Of a stretch of 64,000 bases of DNA, positions 26,004 to 41,090 are shown one piece after another (within the stretch, counting starts at the first letter, position 1; each line of letters begins with the position of its first letter). Origin of the DNA: the human T2T-CHM13v2.0 reference genome, Homo sapiens. The notes under the pieces are model-generated. The model saw nothing but the letters and a program-made list of their open reading frames with translations. It had not been told where the DNA came from and did no database searches. The DNA is taken from assembly GCF_009914755.1 (NCBI RefSeq), contig NC_060930.1, one strand, 5' to 3'. Both the position numbers and the translations under genes were made by a program.

Positions 26004-26674
26004 ACTTCTGATTTTTTAAAAAGTGAACATAGAGCCACACACCAAGTAAGGAAATACTTTTAGCAGCATAGAATCCAACGCTTGCCTTCCTTCATAGATC
26101 TCTATATACACAAAATAGAAATGAAACCAAGCACTAGGCCTATATTATTAATGCAAGAAGTGTTTGCTTGGGATTGGATGAGCAAAAATGTCATAAAAAC
26201 AAAACACCATGAATGTTTCACAATATGCCCCGCTCAGAGGTCAGCCCCTCCATGTGTCCTGCAGAGCTCCTGAAGCCTTTAAGAGACAACTCAAAAAAGG
26301 AGTGAGGCAGCCTGTTCTGACACTTGGACGTCTTCCAACGCAGACTTTCAGTATTATTTTTCTAAACATCCTAAATCTCTAGTGAGAACATGGAATAGAC
26401 TATTTCTGTAATGGCAGATCTTACAAAAGAGAAACAACTTCCCGAAAACATGCCTATGTCCAGTCACAGAGACCAAGCATCAAAATCACCTGCAGGGGTT
26501 TCTCTAAGTCGCCCTCACACATGCTTGGACATCTGTATGAATTCAATGCACAGTAAATACTCCTTTGAGGGTCTCTTATGGACAAGACTTCGAGAGAAGA
26601 ATAAGATACATTCTGCCTCCAAGGAACTCATCATCTAGTCCACGGTGTGTGGTGATGGGAATGCAGATGCCAGG

Positions 26675-27073
26675 TGCTATGAAGTGAACCGTGTCACCCC
26701 CAACATTTACATGCTAAAGCTCTAAACTCAGATACCTCAGAATGTTTTGGGGGACACGGCCTTTAAAGAGGTGATCAAGTTAAAATGAACCCATTAGGGT
26801 GGACCCGAATCTAATCTGAATGGTGTCCTTATAGGAAGGCAAGATTAGGACAGGAGAGATACTGGCGTTGCAGGAGCCCAGAAGAAACGCTACGCGGGGG
26901 TGTAGTGAGAATGTGCCATCCGCAAGCCAAGGAGACAGGCCTCAGGAAAAACCACCTGCTGGCACTGTGCACTCAGAGTAAACCCCGAGTGATCTCAGAG
27001 TTCTAGACTCCAGACCTGGGAGAACATATAAACCACGCAGTCTGTGGTATGGCGGCCCTAGCAAACTAACTCA
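26675..27073 (+). mobile_element. MaLR solo LTR (MLT1A-like)
   Basis: tgctatgaagtgaa...ggcctttaaagaggtgatcaagttaaaatga...tggtgtccttatag...gcaagccaaggagacaggcctcagg...ggcggccctagcaaactaactca; TG...CA termini. Confidence 0.9.
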
Positions 27074-27245
27074 CCTGAATGTAAATATACAACTACAAAG
27101 CAACAAATAAAAAGATGGCAACAACAAGCAAGCAATGGAATGGACCCTCCTGCTGGGCTGAACATCAAGACAGGGATTTAGAACCAGCTTTACACAAGGA
27201 GCATCATTTTTCCCTAGGTATGATTTTTATCCAATTCACTTTGAT

Positions 27246-27503
27246 TAATGACAGCTACCATTTAGCAAGGGCTTTTTATGTGCCAGGCACCAAACTCAAC
27301 ACTTTTCATGCATTCACTTACTCAACCTTCACTGCAACCATGTAAGATCGTTGCCATTGTTATTCCAAATGGACAGATGTGGACACTAAAACAGAGAGGT
27401 AAATTTTGACCTTTGCTGAAGTCAGATGGCTGCAAGAGTTGGAACTAGAGTTCAAGTCCAAAGAGTCCAACTCTAGAATCCTTAGAACCACTGTGCATAC
27501 TGC
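27246..27503 (-). mobile_element. MIR, near full length
   Basis: acagctaccatttagcaagggctttttatgtgccaggcac...acagatgtggacactaaaacagagagg...ttagaaccactgtgcatactgc. Confidence 0.85.
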
Positions 27504-30039
27504 ATGAACAGTACTCTTACCTTCTCTAGTCAAGAGTTCAATGTGAACTTTATTCCAGAAAAACACACCATTCAACATCTTCATCAAATATTATAAAGAA
27601 TGCAGTACTTAGATATAGACTCTCTATGCAGCATTTCCTAGCTACATTTGACCTCTCTGTTTCAATGTATCTGTGTAGCAAATATTCTATGAAACACAAT
27701 TTCTTAATTATTGACCTCGTTGTGTCTTTACCAGCACTGTGACTATACCATGTGGTGTGAGAGTCACTCCAGTGAATAAACACAGACTGAGGTCAAGAGT
27801 CTAATCATTACCAAGGCCCTGGGAACCCTCCTTGAAGAGAAGAGATAGGAGCGCACTATCCACCATGAAAAGTTGAGGTAGGTAGCAAAGTCAGTGTCTA
27901 CACCACCCGCCAGCTTCTCCTCCCCTCTTCCACACGGGTGCATGGCTGCCACCACTTCCTGATGGGAAGCTTTTCAGAATACAGATAACATCCTCACTCT
28001 CCTGCCTCCCTCCCCACCCCAGTATTTTTATTTAGTAGATCTGGTATGGCTCTAGGAAGCTATTCTTGAAAGTTTAATAATGATTCCAACTTTCTGCCAG
28101 GTTTAAGAGCCATAATAATGTTGACCAAAATTGTAGATTTTCCAGGATACTCTAAGCTTTGATAATTTTGTGCGGACAGTTACTAGATCATGTGATCTAA
28201 ACGAGGGTTGGAAATACCCCCATTTATATTCCCAGGCAGACTTTCCCTTGCCCACTTCCAAAGCAACCTAGACTTTGGGACTACTCTATTCCCTCACTGC
28301 TCTTGCCCTCACTCACTTAAAATACTTTTATCTAATACAAAGGTGCTAGATGTTGACCTGATTGAAGTAGAGCTGTTAAGAGGTAACTGAAGCTTCAGCT
28401 AAATAATGCCAGGGGGTAACATTGTCCAGGGAAACTGTTCACCAGCAGACCTCTGTTGCTCCTGATGTACTCCAAGTTATTTTCAGTTTAGCCTTTCATA
28501 ACGTTGTACAAAGAGGCTTTATTCATAAAACAGTAGCTTTGGTTGGCCTCCCACATCGTGAAAACAAATGTAATATAGTAATTAAGTGTGCTGATATGTT
28601 ATCATTGCAAATGTCAAGTTCATTGTAGCAGATGTGTCAACTGAAGATCACTACCCATTAAAATCAAACAACCAGTAGGCCCCAAACTCACCATCTGATT
28701 TCATGCGTCAACTTCAATGCTTAAGACAGTCAATCACAACTGTCTTCCATGTAATTGTCTTAAAATTATTACATAACAAAGAATCAGATCTCAATTCTTA
28801 TCACCTGCTAGTCATAATTAAAATGTGAATGAAGGGCTAATGACTGACACAGTTACAGGGTATAAAATACTTTCACAATTTTACTTCCCCAAATAGATGG
28901 CATTATTATTAAGAAAAATTACTCAAAATGTGAAATAAGGAAAAAAACGACTGATGTGTTAATGTCTTGCTAGAGCAAAGCTCACTAAATCTCCTTGAAC
29001 TCTCTAGAGAAATGTAACTTGGTTAAACTTACTACATTTTCTATTCATTTGGGCCCAGGTATTTTACACATTTTAAAGTTTGGGTTCCTAATTTAAAAAA
29101 AAAAAGTGATAAAATCAGATGACTAATATTTTTATCAAGTTAAAAAGTTTTATTATCCAGTAGGATAATAAATTAGCCACTATGATATCTACATCTTTTC
29201 AATTTTATTTCAGCATTTCTTTTTCATCTGACTATATAAAATTCCTACTCTCATATCTTCTTTTGAACCAGTTTTGTCATCCTGCTGATTCCCTCATTAG
29301 TAGTCACATGGATCTTATGAAAATAAATATAATATCCCATTAGAAACATATCTGCTACTAGTCGGGGTACTTACATAAAGTTGCAGCAATTATCAGAAAA
29401 AGGTAATATGCAAGTCTCCTCTAAAATTTCCCAACTATATTCAGAAAAAAAAAACAAAACAAAAGCTTAAGTGACTGCTTAGGTGAAAATAAGACTTCCA
29501 GAAGAATGTCTGTCAAAGTTGTACCAAGAACATTTTGAAAATACAGGTTAATTCAAAGAAGCACTCACAAAATGCCCTCAATATGATTTTGAGAGGAATT
29601 ATTACAAGTGGTATGTATTCTTGAAAGCCAGGTTTAGGGTACATCTCTAAAGCAGAATAGGTTGTTTTCAAATTGCTAGGTCATTCAAGGCCTTTAAACC
29701 ACTATATTCTATCCATAATTTGCAAACGTACCACTAACTTACACTAAAGAGATAGTGAGAAATAAGTTCTTGTGGAAGCAATTTACACATACAGAGTTGA
29801 CTATAAAGTCCTAGGCACTTTGGCAAACATGCTTAGGGGTGGAAAGTTTCTTTTTTGGTAAAGATCCCATAGATTACTATTTACATTTTAGCATCATCTA
29901 AACAATCTGGAAGCTCCTGAAGCTCATGTCTCATCTTCACCATGGACACAATCACATATTCTTACTCTAAGCATCTCTCATTTTTATTCTAGTTGATTCT
30001 CATTCTTCATTCTTCGTAAATGATTATAATGAATCCTCT

Positions 30040-30170
30040 GCCTCTTCCTTCCCCTCTTCTTCACCTCACTTTCCCCTCCCCTCCCAGCTTTCCCTCTGCC
30101 TTCTCCTCCCCTCCCCGCTCCTTGTCTTCCATCCCTGCCTCTCCCACTCCCCCTGTCTCTCTGACACTGT
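30040..30170. repeat. CT-rich low-complexity tract
   Basis: Predominantly C/T on the + strand. Confidence 0.8.
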
Positions 30171-30311
30171 TGTCTCCAACCACACACAGGCTCCCTGGGT
30201 TTCTTTCACAAATAAAGGAACGATTTGCATAGATGGGGTAATGTGCATCTGCTTTTGTGGTGTACCTTCCATTCTTCCTTTCTTCTGGGAATAGTAACTC
30301 CCTCCCTTTTC

Positions 30312-30609
30312 TTTTCTTTTGTATTTTTTTTTTATAGACAGTGTCTCACTCTATTGCCCAGGCTGGAGTGCAGTGGCACAATCATAACTCATGACAGCCT
30401 CAAACTCCTGGGCTTCTGCGATCCTCCTGCCTCAACCTCCTGAGTAGTTGGAACTACAGGTGTGCTCTACCATGCCTGCCATATTTTTTTTTGAGAGGGG
30501 GTCTCACTATGTTGCCCAGGCTGGTCTCAAGCTTCTGGCTTAAAGTGATCATCCAGCCTTGGCCTCCCCAAATGCTGGCATTACAGGTGTGCACCACCAC
30601 GCCCAGACC
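30312..30609 (-). mobile_element. AluJ
   Basis: J-type atcataactca and ctcctgggct; flanking CTCCCTTTTCT duplication. Confidence 0.93.
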
Positions 30610-30670
30610 CCTCTCCCTTTTCTGTAGCACACCCCACCCTCACCCCATGCACTTTTGCATGATTATCAAT

Positions 30671-30754
30671 ATGGGTTGAACCACATGAAATTGCCAATTT
30701 TGTAGATCAAACATGATAGAATATTAGCAAATAGAATCATGAGATTGAACATAT
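30671..30754. mobile_element. MADE2-type mariner MITE, degenerate
   Basis: gggttgaaccacatgaaattgcc TIR, the same family as the element at 62711; the second TIR is decayed. Confidence 0.65.
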
Positions 30755-33700
30755 CCTTTTAATAACACTAACGTATTCAGTATTTTATCAAGCATATAAT
30801 TTAAAGTTGTATTACTAGTTATAAATTTAATATTTACCTCTTTCAAGCCCAAGCACAAAATATTTGGTTTGTTTAAACTACATCATGTAGGATGAAATTA
30901 ATACCTCAAGTGGGATTCTCAACACACTAACTAGAAACAGCTCTCAGAGAAGATAATTCAAAGACGAATTTAAAATCAATCCCACAGCAAGTAAAACCAA
31001 CTTTTTTACCAAGTAGTTCAGTCACATGGGAGCAGCGGAATCAGTGTGACATTTTCTTTTCACGGGATATGTGCAACCATGCTGTTTAAAAGGGAAGAAA
31101 TAAGATAAGCTGATTTTATTTCCACCAGTGAAAAAAGTTTTCAATACAGCAGCTTTCATCGACTCAGCATGGCTAACAAAATAACATTATCAATGAAAAT
31201 AAAATAATAGATCAGCTGCACAATCTAGGCATTTTTGTTTTTAGAGGCCTTCTCTAACATTTCTCTGTAGAGATCTGTGAATGCCTGGTTCCTGTGAATG
31301 AAAACCACCCTGCTGTTTTTTCTGCTCCTGCTGAGAGACTTGCAAAGAATAAAATCTTTTTTTTTTTCCAGCTGGAGATCAATTGGTTTGAGGACTGCTC
31401 TGGCCCCCAGGAAGTATTCTTTGCCCCCATGGGGGGAAGAGATCCTCAGTTCCCCGCCCTGACCAGAGTTTGCCCCCATTGGATAGTTTTCAAAGCTGAA
31501 TCCAGAAACAGACCTAAAAGCATATCCAAAAAATGTGCCACTGAAAAACAGCTAACGATTCACATGGAAAGTCCACACCCTCCATCTAGCCGGGTCTCCT
31601 CCTGCCTCCCTTGGGGAAGAAGGGGGAGAATGCCCTTTCCAATTTCGCTCGACTGAAAGCAAGGGCTGTGTCTGTCCCCCTTGCTGAAAAGCCTCCTTTT
31701 GTTTTTCTTTTCTACTGTCAGGAAGCCTGCCTCAGAGGAGTGGACAATGCATACCAATGAGGAAAGGAGAGCAGAGGTGATTGAAAGTGAAGATAATTTT
31801 TCCCTGTCATTTACAGGCTGCTTCTCAAACCATGCCCCTTTTGTGATTCCACTTCAAAACACATTCTTGCCAACTCTCATCCAGGAGGCTTTTCCTTAGT
31901 GATCTGCTCCACTATCTTGGAGTTTGGCTTCTGTTATCACCTGAGGAGCTGAAAAGCGTTCAGATTCAAGGAAGCCTCTCCTCTGCCCAAATCAGCAGAA
32001 TTTAAGGCTCATGAGGATGAGGACTGTGACAGGGAAGAAGGAGGTGACAGGGAAAGGAAATGATACTTTAGCTTATTTCATTGTTGAATGGAGCAAAGTT
32101 GAAAATGATTCTTCTGGTGTCTCTCCTTAAATCTTGGGGTATTGATACAGACTCATACAAAAATGAAAAGGAGAGAAATGAACATATTCATATAGTCCTT
32201 TGGGGTTTCACAGTGATCTACCTACAGCGACATGTTATTTTAAATTACAATAATCTATTTAAAGAGAAATATGGTGGAATTTACTTTTAAAAAGGTTACG
32301 TTGCAGGGATGTTTTAAAAGATAAAAATTAAATGGCAACTCAAAAAATATCTGTCAGGCATTTAAAAATGGATTTCAAGACAAGCATTTGAATCCTACTT
32401 TACAAGAAGTGACTAGGTTAATTAGGAAAATAAGGTATCTTCTGATAACAGTAAACCTTGAGATACATGTGTAGCTCTTATACCGGAATGACCATGAATC
32501 ACTAACAAATTTACTTTCTAGACAAAAGATGGACCACTTAGACAGCACAGTATAAGAAACAAGGAATGTTAAATGAAGCTTAACATCATGTAACAGATGT
32601 TAGGTTTTCTCCTCTCCCCCAAGGAGGACTGTAATACTGTTGGAGATGACACTTGTCAACTGTGCAATGTGTGTGATAAATTACAGAAGCAAAAACATAA
32701 TATTATTATTTAATAATCCATTTTAAATATCACTGTCATTTAAATACCACCTGTAAGAAAAGTTGTATAAATTTGGCAATGAAAAATACACAATCCAGAA
32801 AAAATTACAATTAAGGATCAGGTTTTTCTTTGAATATAGTTATAATTTTTAAAAATCCCTTATCACTTTTATTAACTATAATTATTAGGAGACTGGAGAC
32901 AAATATAACCATTGAAGCAAACTGAGTACCTTTCAAGGGCCACCGTCTTTTTCCTCTAACCTCCTCAGGCTCACATCCCCACCTCACCCCACCACATTTA
33001 AATTACTTTAAAAACACTAAAAAATGTTTCCTATATTAGAAATTTGAATCTATCAACCCTGATACTTCTTTAGATCCTGGAACTCCCTTTGCTTTAAACA
33101 CAATGTCCAACTATTGAGAAAGAAATTTCCCATAAAGAAAACCATAGTATTTCTTTGGTCACAGCTGAGAGGCATTTTTTTTTTTCTGATCTGGAAAACA
33201 ACAATCACAGAAAGCAGGTTGTTTGCAAAATGAGATCTTAATTTACTTAAAAACAGAATAGTAAGATGAACCTACTAAAAGTAACACCATAGCACTGCTA
33301 CAAATGATTTACAGTTGTTCACATTACTGCCATAATATTGGAACGATAAATGACATGCCAAGGGGCTCAAAGTAAATTTCTGGAGTTGAACTGCACAAAG
33401 CAAATTGCTGAGTTTGTGTCATATCCTACCGTGAGGATGGCATATCTAGAGCAAGGCTCAATCTAGAAGGTGTCTGGACTGAGGATTCTAGGGTACGATG
33501 AATAACAAATGGAACAAAGATGTCACCCACAGGAAGTGGGGACTACGGGACTCACTGTGGACACCTAAGCCACCGCCTCCCTATGCGATGAAAATCTGTT
33601 CTTCATAGCAATCCAGTATACATTCAAACAAGCAGAAGAACAACACGGGGTAAGGGCTACTTAACTAACTTATATTATCCTATTTTCCATGGAATTCCAG

Positions 33701-34976
33701 CAATCATAAGAAAAAGTTCCATCTTCTTGGTTTTGAATGTTTTAAATTAAAAGAATTTCCCTTCCCAACACTACAAATATGTACAATGACACATTAAATA
33801 CAACTGTGCTTTCTAAAACCTGATACTTGACAGAGAGCTCTTCTTCAAAGCTCAACTGCAAGTTAAATTTTACTGCTTATCTTTTGTTTATCACCAACAA
33901 GAAAAAAATTGAGCTTGAGAACTGTAAGCTTATAACTGGGTAAATTATGTTTTGTATAAGAAATACAAGTATCCATATTTGGATTACTTTTGTATAGATG
34001 GGATATACAAAGGTGCCGACATTACAGGACTGAAAAAAAGAGCCAACTTGTTTTGCATTAAAACATTTTTTTAAACTTTCAAAACAATAAGAGACTAGTG
34101 GTCTCTTAAACACAGTTTAATGAATTTATCTCTGGCAATGTATTGTGATATGTTTGTGTGATAAACCTGATACCATGAAAACATGAAAATAATTTCTGGA
34201 ATGTTTCATTTCTTAAGCAAAAATTTCTTAAATATGAAAATTGGGGGCTTCTTCTGTGCAGTAATAGGTAAGACCAGTCTGGTCTGAAGCCCATATCAAA
34301 TATTTCAACATTTCATGCCTATATAATTGGCTTTAAAAGACTAAAAACTCTCTGTACAGTCTGTTTTTTTTATTGTTGTTTTTCTCAGTCCTTAATATCC
34401 TGGAGTCAGAACAAATGAAGAAGCCCCATCAGCTTCAGACCACGACACACAGCTTGCAAGAGTAAATGATTTATGGAGCTACAAGCATGAGTTATGAGGG
34501 AGCGGTCTACATATTTGCGTTGTGTAGCTATGCAGGGGGAAAGAGACAAATGAGATTCTTGAAACATTTGTGAAATATAGAAAGGAAGAAAATAGAAAAA
34601 AGTTAATAAGCTGCCTCAGATAGTAACTAATTAGATAGCAAGGTATTACTGACAAAATGAAACAAGAACAAAAGGCAACAAAAGTTGGTTTAGGGCCAAA
34701 CATTATCTGTATTTTCACTTTTGGATCTCTACTCATTTCCTTTTTTTCCATTTCATTCAAAAAACTATTGTGCAAATCACCATTCTATTGTCTTCTAACA
34801 TTGCCGCTATTTTCACTGGATTTTATTCAATTTAGGAATTAAATTAAAAGTTTCAACATTTCCAGTCATGTTATTCTTTCATGTTTTTTGCCTTAAGGAG
34901 TAGACCATAGACATCACCTATTTTAATAGTTTCATCTAGTCCAGAATCGGCACTTGGAGCTTCAAGCTGGGGGTTA

Positions 34977-35465
<489 letters not shown>

Positions 35466-35578
35466 TTAAGCTAATCTCTGTGTTAGGTAAGGACAAGCAG
35501 GTTTGAACGGCTGTTAGGACAAGGCATCATTGTCTACAGGTGTTATGATGACCATGAAGATTAGAAAGTAGTGAATCT

Positions 35579-35906
<328 letters not shown>

Positions 35907-36690
35907 CTATCTATGGATAGAATAAAATAATCAGAATGGAAAGTGTAAAGATGACATATATATAGTGAGCATTCTTAAAACTGATTATCATTGATGTCCA
36001 TCTATTAATTAGGCTGCCTTACAAAGGAACGGATTTTCTATCACTGGAGGCACTGTATATTTTTATAACTTGTTCCCAAACTTATGATTTTACAGACCAG
36101 TAAAATTTCTGTTCTTTTATTTAAGAAAATTAAGATATCTGATGCTAAGGAACAGTTAAAATTTTCACTGATTTCTGAGAGATGGCAAAATGCTAGTAAA
36201 CAACACCTCTTCAAAAACAATAGGATTCTACTTCCTTCACTTCTGAATGTTTCTGAAATCGAAGATGCGGCAGAACCATCAATTCCAGGTTCACCTTGCC
36301 GGCAACCCTGCGTAATAGACTTAGCGTAGCTACAATTGGTTGTGCCTACGCAAAAATAGCCAACTGGGGAAAGTTATTTGGACTGGTAACACTAGAAACT
36401 ATTTAAATTTTAACACGAGTGTCACACCACTTTGTTTAAATGTGTTCAAACAGAAGACACAATGTGGCACCGAAATGCAGCAATTGTGTGGAGGCAATCA
36501 AGTATCACAGGGCAGATAATGAATTCAATAAAGGCAGCTGAAATTGCCAAATCTTCAAAAGGTAGAAACAGATCGTGTGAAGAGTATCACTCATGTATCT
36601 AAATATCTTTATGGTGAAAGCTTCCTACTTTAAGAGTAGCTGTTCAACACTTAGTGATATGTGATTAAGAGGTAATTAAGAAGTTAAGAA

Positions 36691-37010
<320 letters not shown>

Positions 37011-39079
37011 TTAGAATATATTATTCAGACTATTCTGACTAATGGGAGATCTTCATAGGTAATACTCAGCAACACTCGTTAATAGGCATCTCTCCATTTG
37101 AAAGACTGCAAAACGCTGAATTCTGTTGTTTAGTGCACTGAATTTTAATCATTTAAAAATTGTGATGTCTTTAAATCAGGCATGCCATCTCCAGTTCTCA
37201 GTGGCTCCACTACTTTCCAATATTTGACCTCCAGTATCATGCTTTAAAATACCGGCCTGGCACTTGTGGACATTTGTGCTAATGGCCCTTGGTTTCCATT
37301 TATACCACTGCCATAACAATGACAAAATTGTCGAGGGTGAGTATTTGTTTGCACATTCTGTCCTATTTTCCTAAATAATATATTTTTTAAATCCTCATTT
37401 AAGTGCTTTCCATATTTTCCCACCATTTGAATCCCCCAGACCCCACCTCTACCTGGTGACATTCAAGATAATCGTAGCAGAGCAGCTTTAGCTGTCAAGA
37501 AGTCTGTCCTTTGCTAAGAGGTGGTAAGGATGGTTAATTATTCTGATCAAGTCTATTCGGTCTGTGCCAAGAAGAAAACTATGTTTCTGGAGGTAGGATG
37601 GAAGCAAAGTCACTAGATTTCCTTCCTTCTCCTTTTCATATTCCTTACAAGTTGCTGAGTAAGTATATTTTATTTGGAAGCATTTTGATAAATTCAATTA
37701 AACCTGCTGCCAGGCTGTAAGAATTTTTCTGTGTGTAGTTTGTGGGCAGAACATCATCAATCAGTTTTCTCCACCATTTTTGGTTTCTAGACTATTCCTG
37801 TAGTTAAATAAAAAGTATATTTACTATATTCTCAAATTATTTTCTTTCTGCTCTTTTTCTTAATAACTTACCTACTTACTGACACGTGATTGGGGACAGA
37901 CAATATTTTACATTTCTACAAAGCATTTTATCTCATTTTTCTATTTCTAAAATGAAAATTTGAGTAAAGATGTACATCCTTAAATTCTGTACACAGAAAA
38001 TATACTAAAATGAATCAACTTAATAATCAATTAAAGAAATTTTTTATTTAAAAATGGATAAGAATGTGTTTGAAATATATGGTTCAGTCTTAAACTAAAC
38101 ACAAAGCAGTTCTCCTAACTAAACAGCTGTTTTAAATCTATAGCTCTTCTGCTCCAGCATCCTAACAGCTGGAGGAAATTAGAGTCCAGAGAGACATGTG
38201 CATAATTTGAATTAAACAGATGCGGGCTGTGAAGACAATCAAACAACACAGGGTAAGAGATGCAAACAATATTACTGAAACTCCAAGGAGTTTTTATTTT
38301 TTATTTTCATAATGATGGCAAATGTGGCCATAGTTGTGATACAAACTACCTACCCATCCTAGTAAAAAGTCGTGACTTTTTTTCAAAAGTGCAAAAGGAA
38401 ACATGCCAAATTCTAAATCAAAGCCAGGACAGGGCCATCTCTGTATTTTTCCATTTATAGCACTCTTGATGCCACGCGTTGACTGTGAGCTAGGGGTCGC
38501 TGCCTTTCCTGCCCCCGGCAGCCGGGCATCCCCTGAGGGGATCTGCATCCTGCAAAACATGCCAGGCCACTCACACCATCACATGCTGGCAGCTGTGGGG
38601 GCAGAAGACTGAGGAAGAGTGAGAGATGACCAGAAGCTGAAGGGAGACATATGTAAAGTAGAAAAGGAGTAACTTAAATGTCATTTTCTGATTCAAAATA
38701 TGAGTGACCTGCTTTAATGAGCAAAACCCTGCATTTAAAGCCACAAGTAGTTCAAGCACTGAGGGCCAGATGGTACCCTTTGAAATTAAAGCGCTCTCAA
38801 ATGGAACATAGCAGGGAACCTCCCTGTGCCCGACTGTGTAACAACACTTCTCCCAGATAATGTCCGTTAACGTTTATGGCTTTCGGTTTCTAGCTCAGTT
38901 CATGAACGTGTTTACGGGTCTTCTGTTGAGAAATCAAGAGTTAGTGTCCACGTGGCAGGTTTTCCAAGACCTAAGTGTGAACGTGATCATCACATTTCTT
39001 CCACCTCTTCACCTTCATAGTAGACTTTTCAATACTCCATGAACTCTTGATTACTGATATGAAGCACAATAAATATAGA

Positions 39080-39666
39080 CAAGCATTTGGAAAACAGCCT
39101 GAGGGTTCTGTAAATAGCTAAACATTTTACCACATGACCCGGCAATTCTACTCTAGGTATACGCCCAAGAGCAGTAAAAACATAGGCCTATACAAAAGCC
39201 TGCACACAAATATTCATGGTAGCATCATTCACGATACTCAACAAGTAGAAACAACCCAAATGTCCATCAACTCATTAGTGGATAAATAAAATATGGTACA
39301 TACATACAATGGAATATTATTTGGCAATAAAAATGAAGTGCAGATTCATGCTATGACATAGATGAAACTTGAAAACATTGTACTAAGTGAAAGAAGGCAA
39401 TCACAAAAAGATATATATTGTGTAATTCCATTTATATGAAATGTCCACAATAGACAAATCCACAGAAAGTAAATTAATGGTTGCCAGGAACTGAGAAAAG
39501 GGAATGACTGCTACTGAGTATGAGGTTTTCTTTTGGGGTTGATGAAAGTGTTCTGAAATTGATTGTGGTGGTGGAGTGAAAACGCTCCCAAGATACTAAA
39601 AACCATAGAATGGTATGCTTAAATGGGTGAAGTGCATAGCATGTGGACTGCATATCAACAAAGTTG
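39080..39666 (+). mobile_element. L1MB-type LINE-1 3' end
   Basis: catgacccggcaattctactctaggtata...acaacccaaatgtccatcaac...tacaatggaatattatttggcaataaaaa...gactgcatatcaacaaag. Confidence 0.9.
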
Positions 39667-39763
39667 AGGCCAGCACTCAAAGAGATTGCAGAACAAGAAT
39701 TGGAGTGTTCCTGGAGCTTCAGATGTAGGCTCCACGAAAAAGTGATGAAGAGAGAGGGACAGA

Positions 39764-39765
<2 letters not shown>

Positions 39766-39804
<39 letters not shown>

Positions 39805-39813
39805 CGTGTGTGT
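39766..39813. repeat. (TG)n microsatellite
   Basis: About 17 perfect GT units followed by an imperfect extension. Confidence 0.95.
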
Positions 39814-40517
39814 TGAGGGGGGGGATGGCTGGAACCTGTGGAAAACACCCATTAGGAGGGCAGATGGACCCAGTGGCTGATGGTGTGCACGGTTCCTGCA
39901 CACTCATGAAGGAATCCAAGCACACCCAGGGCACTCCTGCCTGCACCAGGGGAGCTGCAGGGAGGGCTCCTGTCAGCAGACCACTGCAGCCCCCAAAAGC
40001 CCCTTCTCAGGAGGAGGGGAGGGAGAAGCCAGCTAGAATCATCTGCGAGGGTGTGGGGCACCAGGACAAGGACCCACCCTGTACCCAGTCCCACCCCCCA
40101 ACCCTGGAGGTGTCACAAACTGGGAAGCAGGCACAAGGGAACATACAGGTAGGCAAGGCAAAGAACCAGAGACAAAGCCCATTCCTTCCTTAGGCTCCAG
40201 GAAAAGCAGGTGCAAGCAGGGGCGGCAGGGGTGGGAGGGGTGTTGGTAAGAAGATCCAACATCAAATTAACTTCGACGTTCGTATTATTGTCTTGGCTTG
40301 GATGTTCTAATTACATCCTTAAGACTATGTCTGTGACTTCTAGTACCTGTAAGGAAGTTTGTTAAAGAGTGAATAAAAATGTCAGGGGACCTTCTGATTT
40401 CCCATCCAGGGACAGGGAAAAATTGCTCTTCCTCAACAAAAGGCTGGTGAGAGATGAAAATAGTTTTGTTTTGATTATATTGCAAAGTGTTCAACTTTAT
40501 TATAAGATGTGTGATTA

Positions 40518-40760
40518 ATAATAATAGCTAAAATCAACTGAGCTTAAGAAGACGTTTACATGCATGTGGTCAGTCCTCACAAAAACACTATGAGGTGTAT
40601 AAATAAATAAATGTACAAGAATAAGACATTTACTATTCTCATTGCTCAGATGAAGAAACTGAGGCACACTAAGGTTGAGCCAGCAGGTGCAGGGTCAACA
40701 AGCTGGAACCCAGGAAGTTGGTTCTGCAGCCCAGTCCTAGCCCTGGAACTCCACAGTGCC
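40518..40760 (-). mobile_element. MIR
   Basis: cctcacaaaaacactatgagg...cagatgaagaaactgaggcac core. Confidence 0.85.
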
Positions 40761-40888
40761 CACAACGCTCCCAAGTGAAATATATGATGGAGCATCTATG
40801 GGAGGTGAGGTTAGGGGGATTTTACTTTTTGAAAAATGCTTTTTGGTATTTGAAATATTCTCATATAAACATCCATGACCTATAATGA

Positions 40889-40983
40889 CAGAGAGAGAGA
40901 GACAGACACAGAGATAGAGACAGAGCCAGAGACAGGGACAGGGACAGGGACAGGGACAGAGAAAGAGAAAGAGAGAGAGAGAA
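40889..40983. repeat. GA-rich / (GGGACA)n simple repeat
   Basis: Directly read. Confidence 0.9.
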
Positions 40984-41090
40984 CCATTTTAGAAAGTTGC
41001 TGGACCAGGGAATATTTTGCACAACATGAAATGATTACTTACTATCCTCCCTCCTGATTTGGGAAAATTTTAGAAAATTACAGTGGAAAG

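Noticed and set aside
39768-40193. 141-aa ORF
   Set aside because: It starts in a (TG)n repeat and runs through GC-richer sequence with few stops; no homology or splice context.
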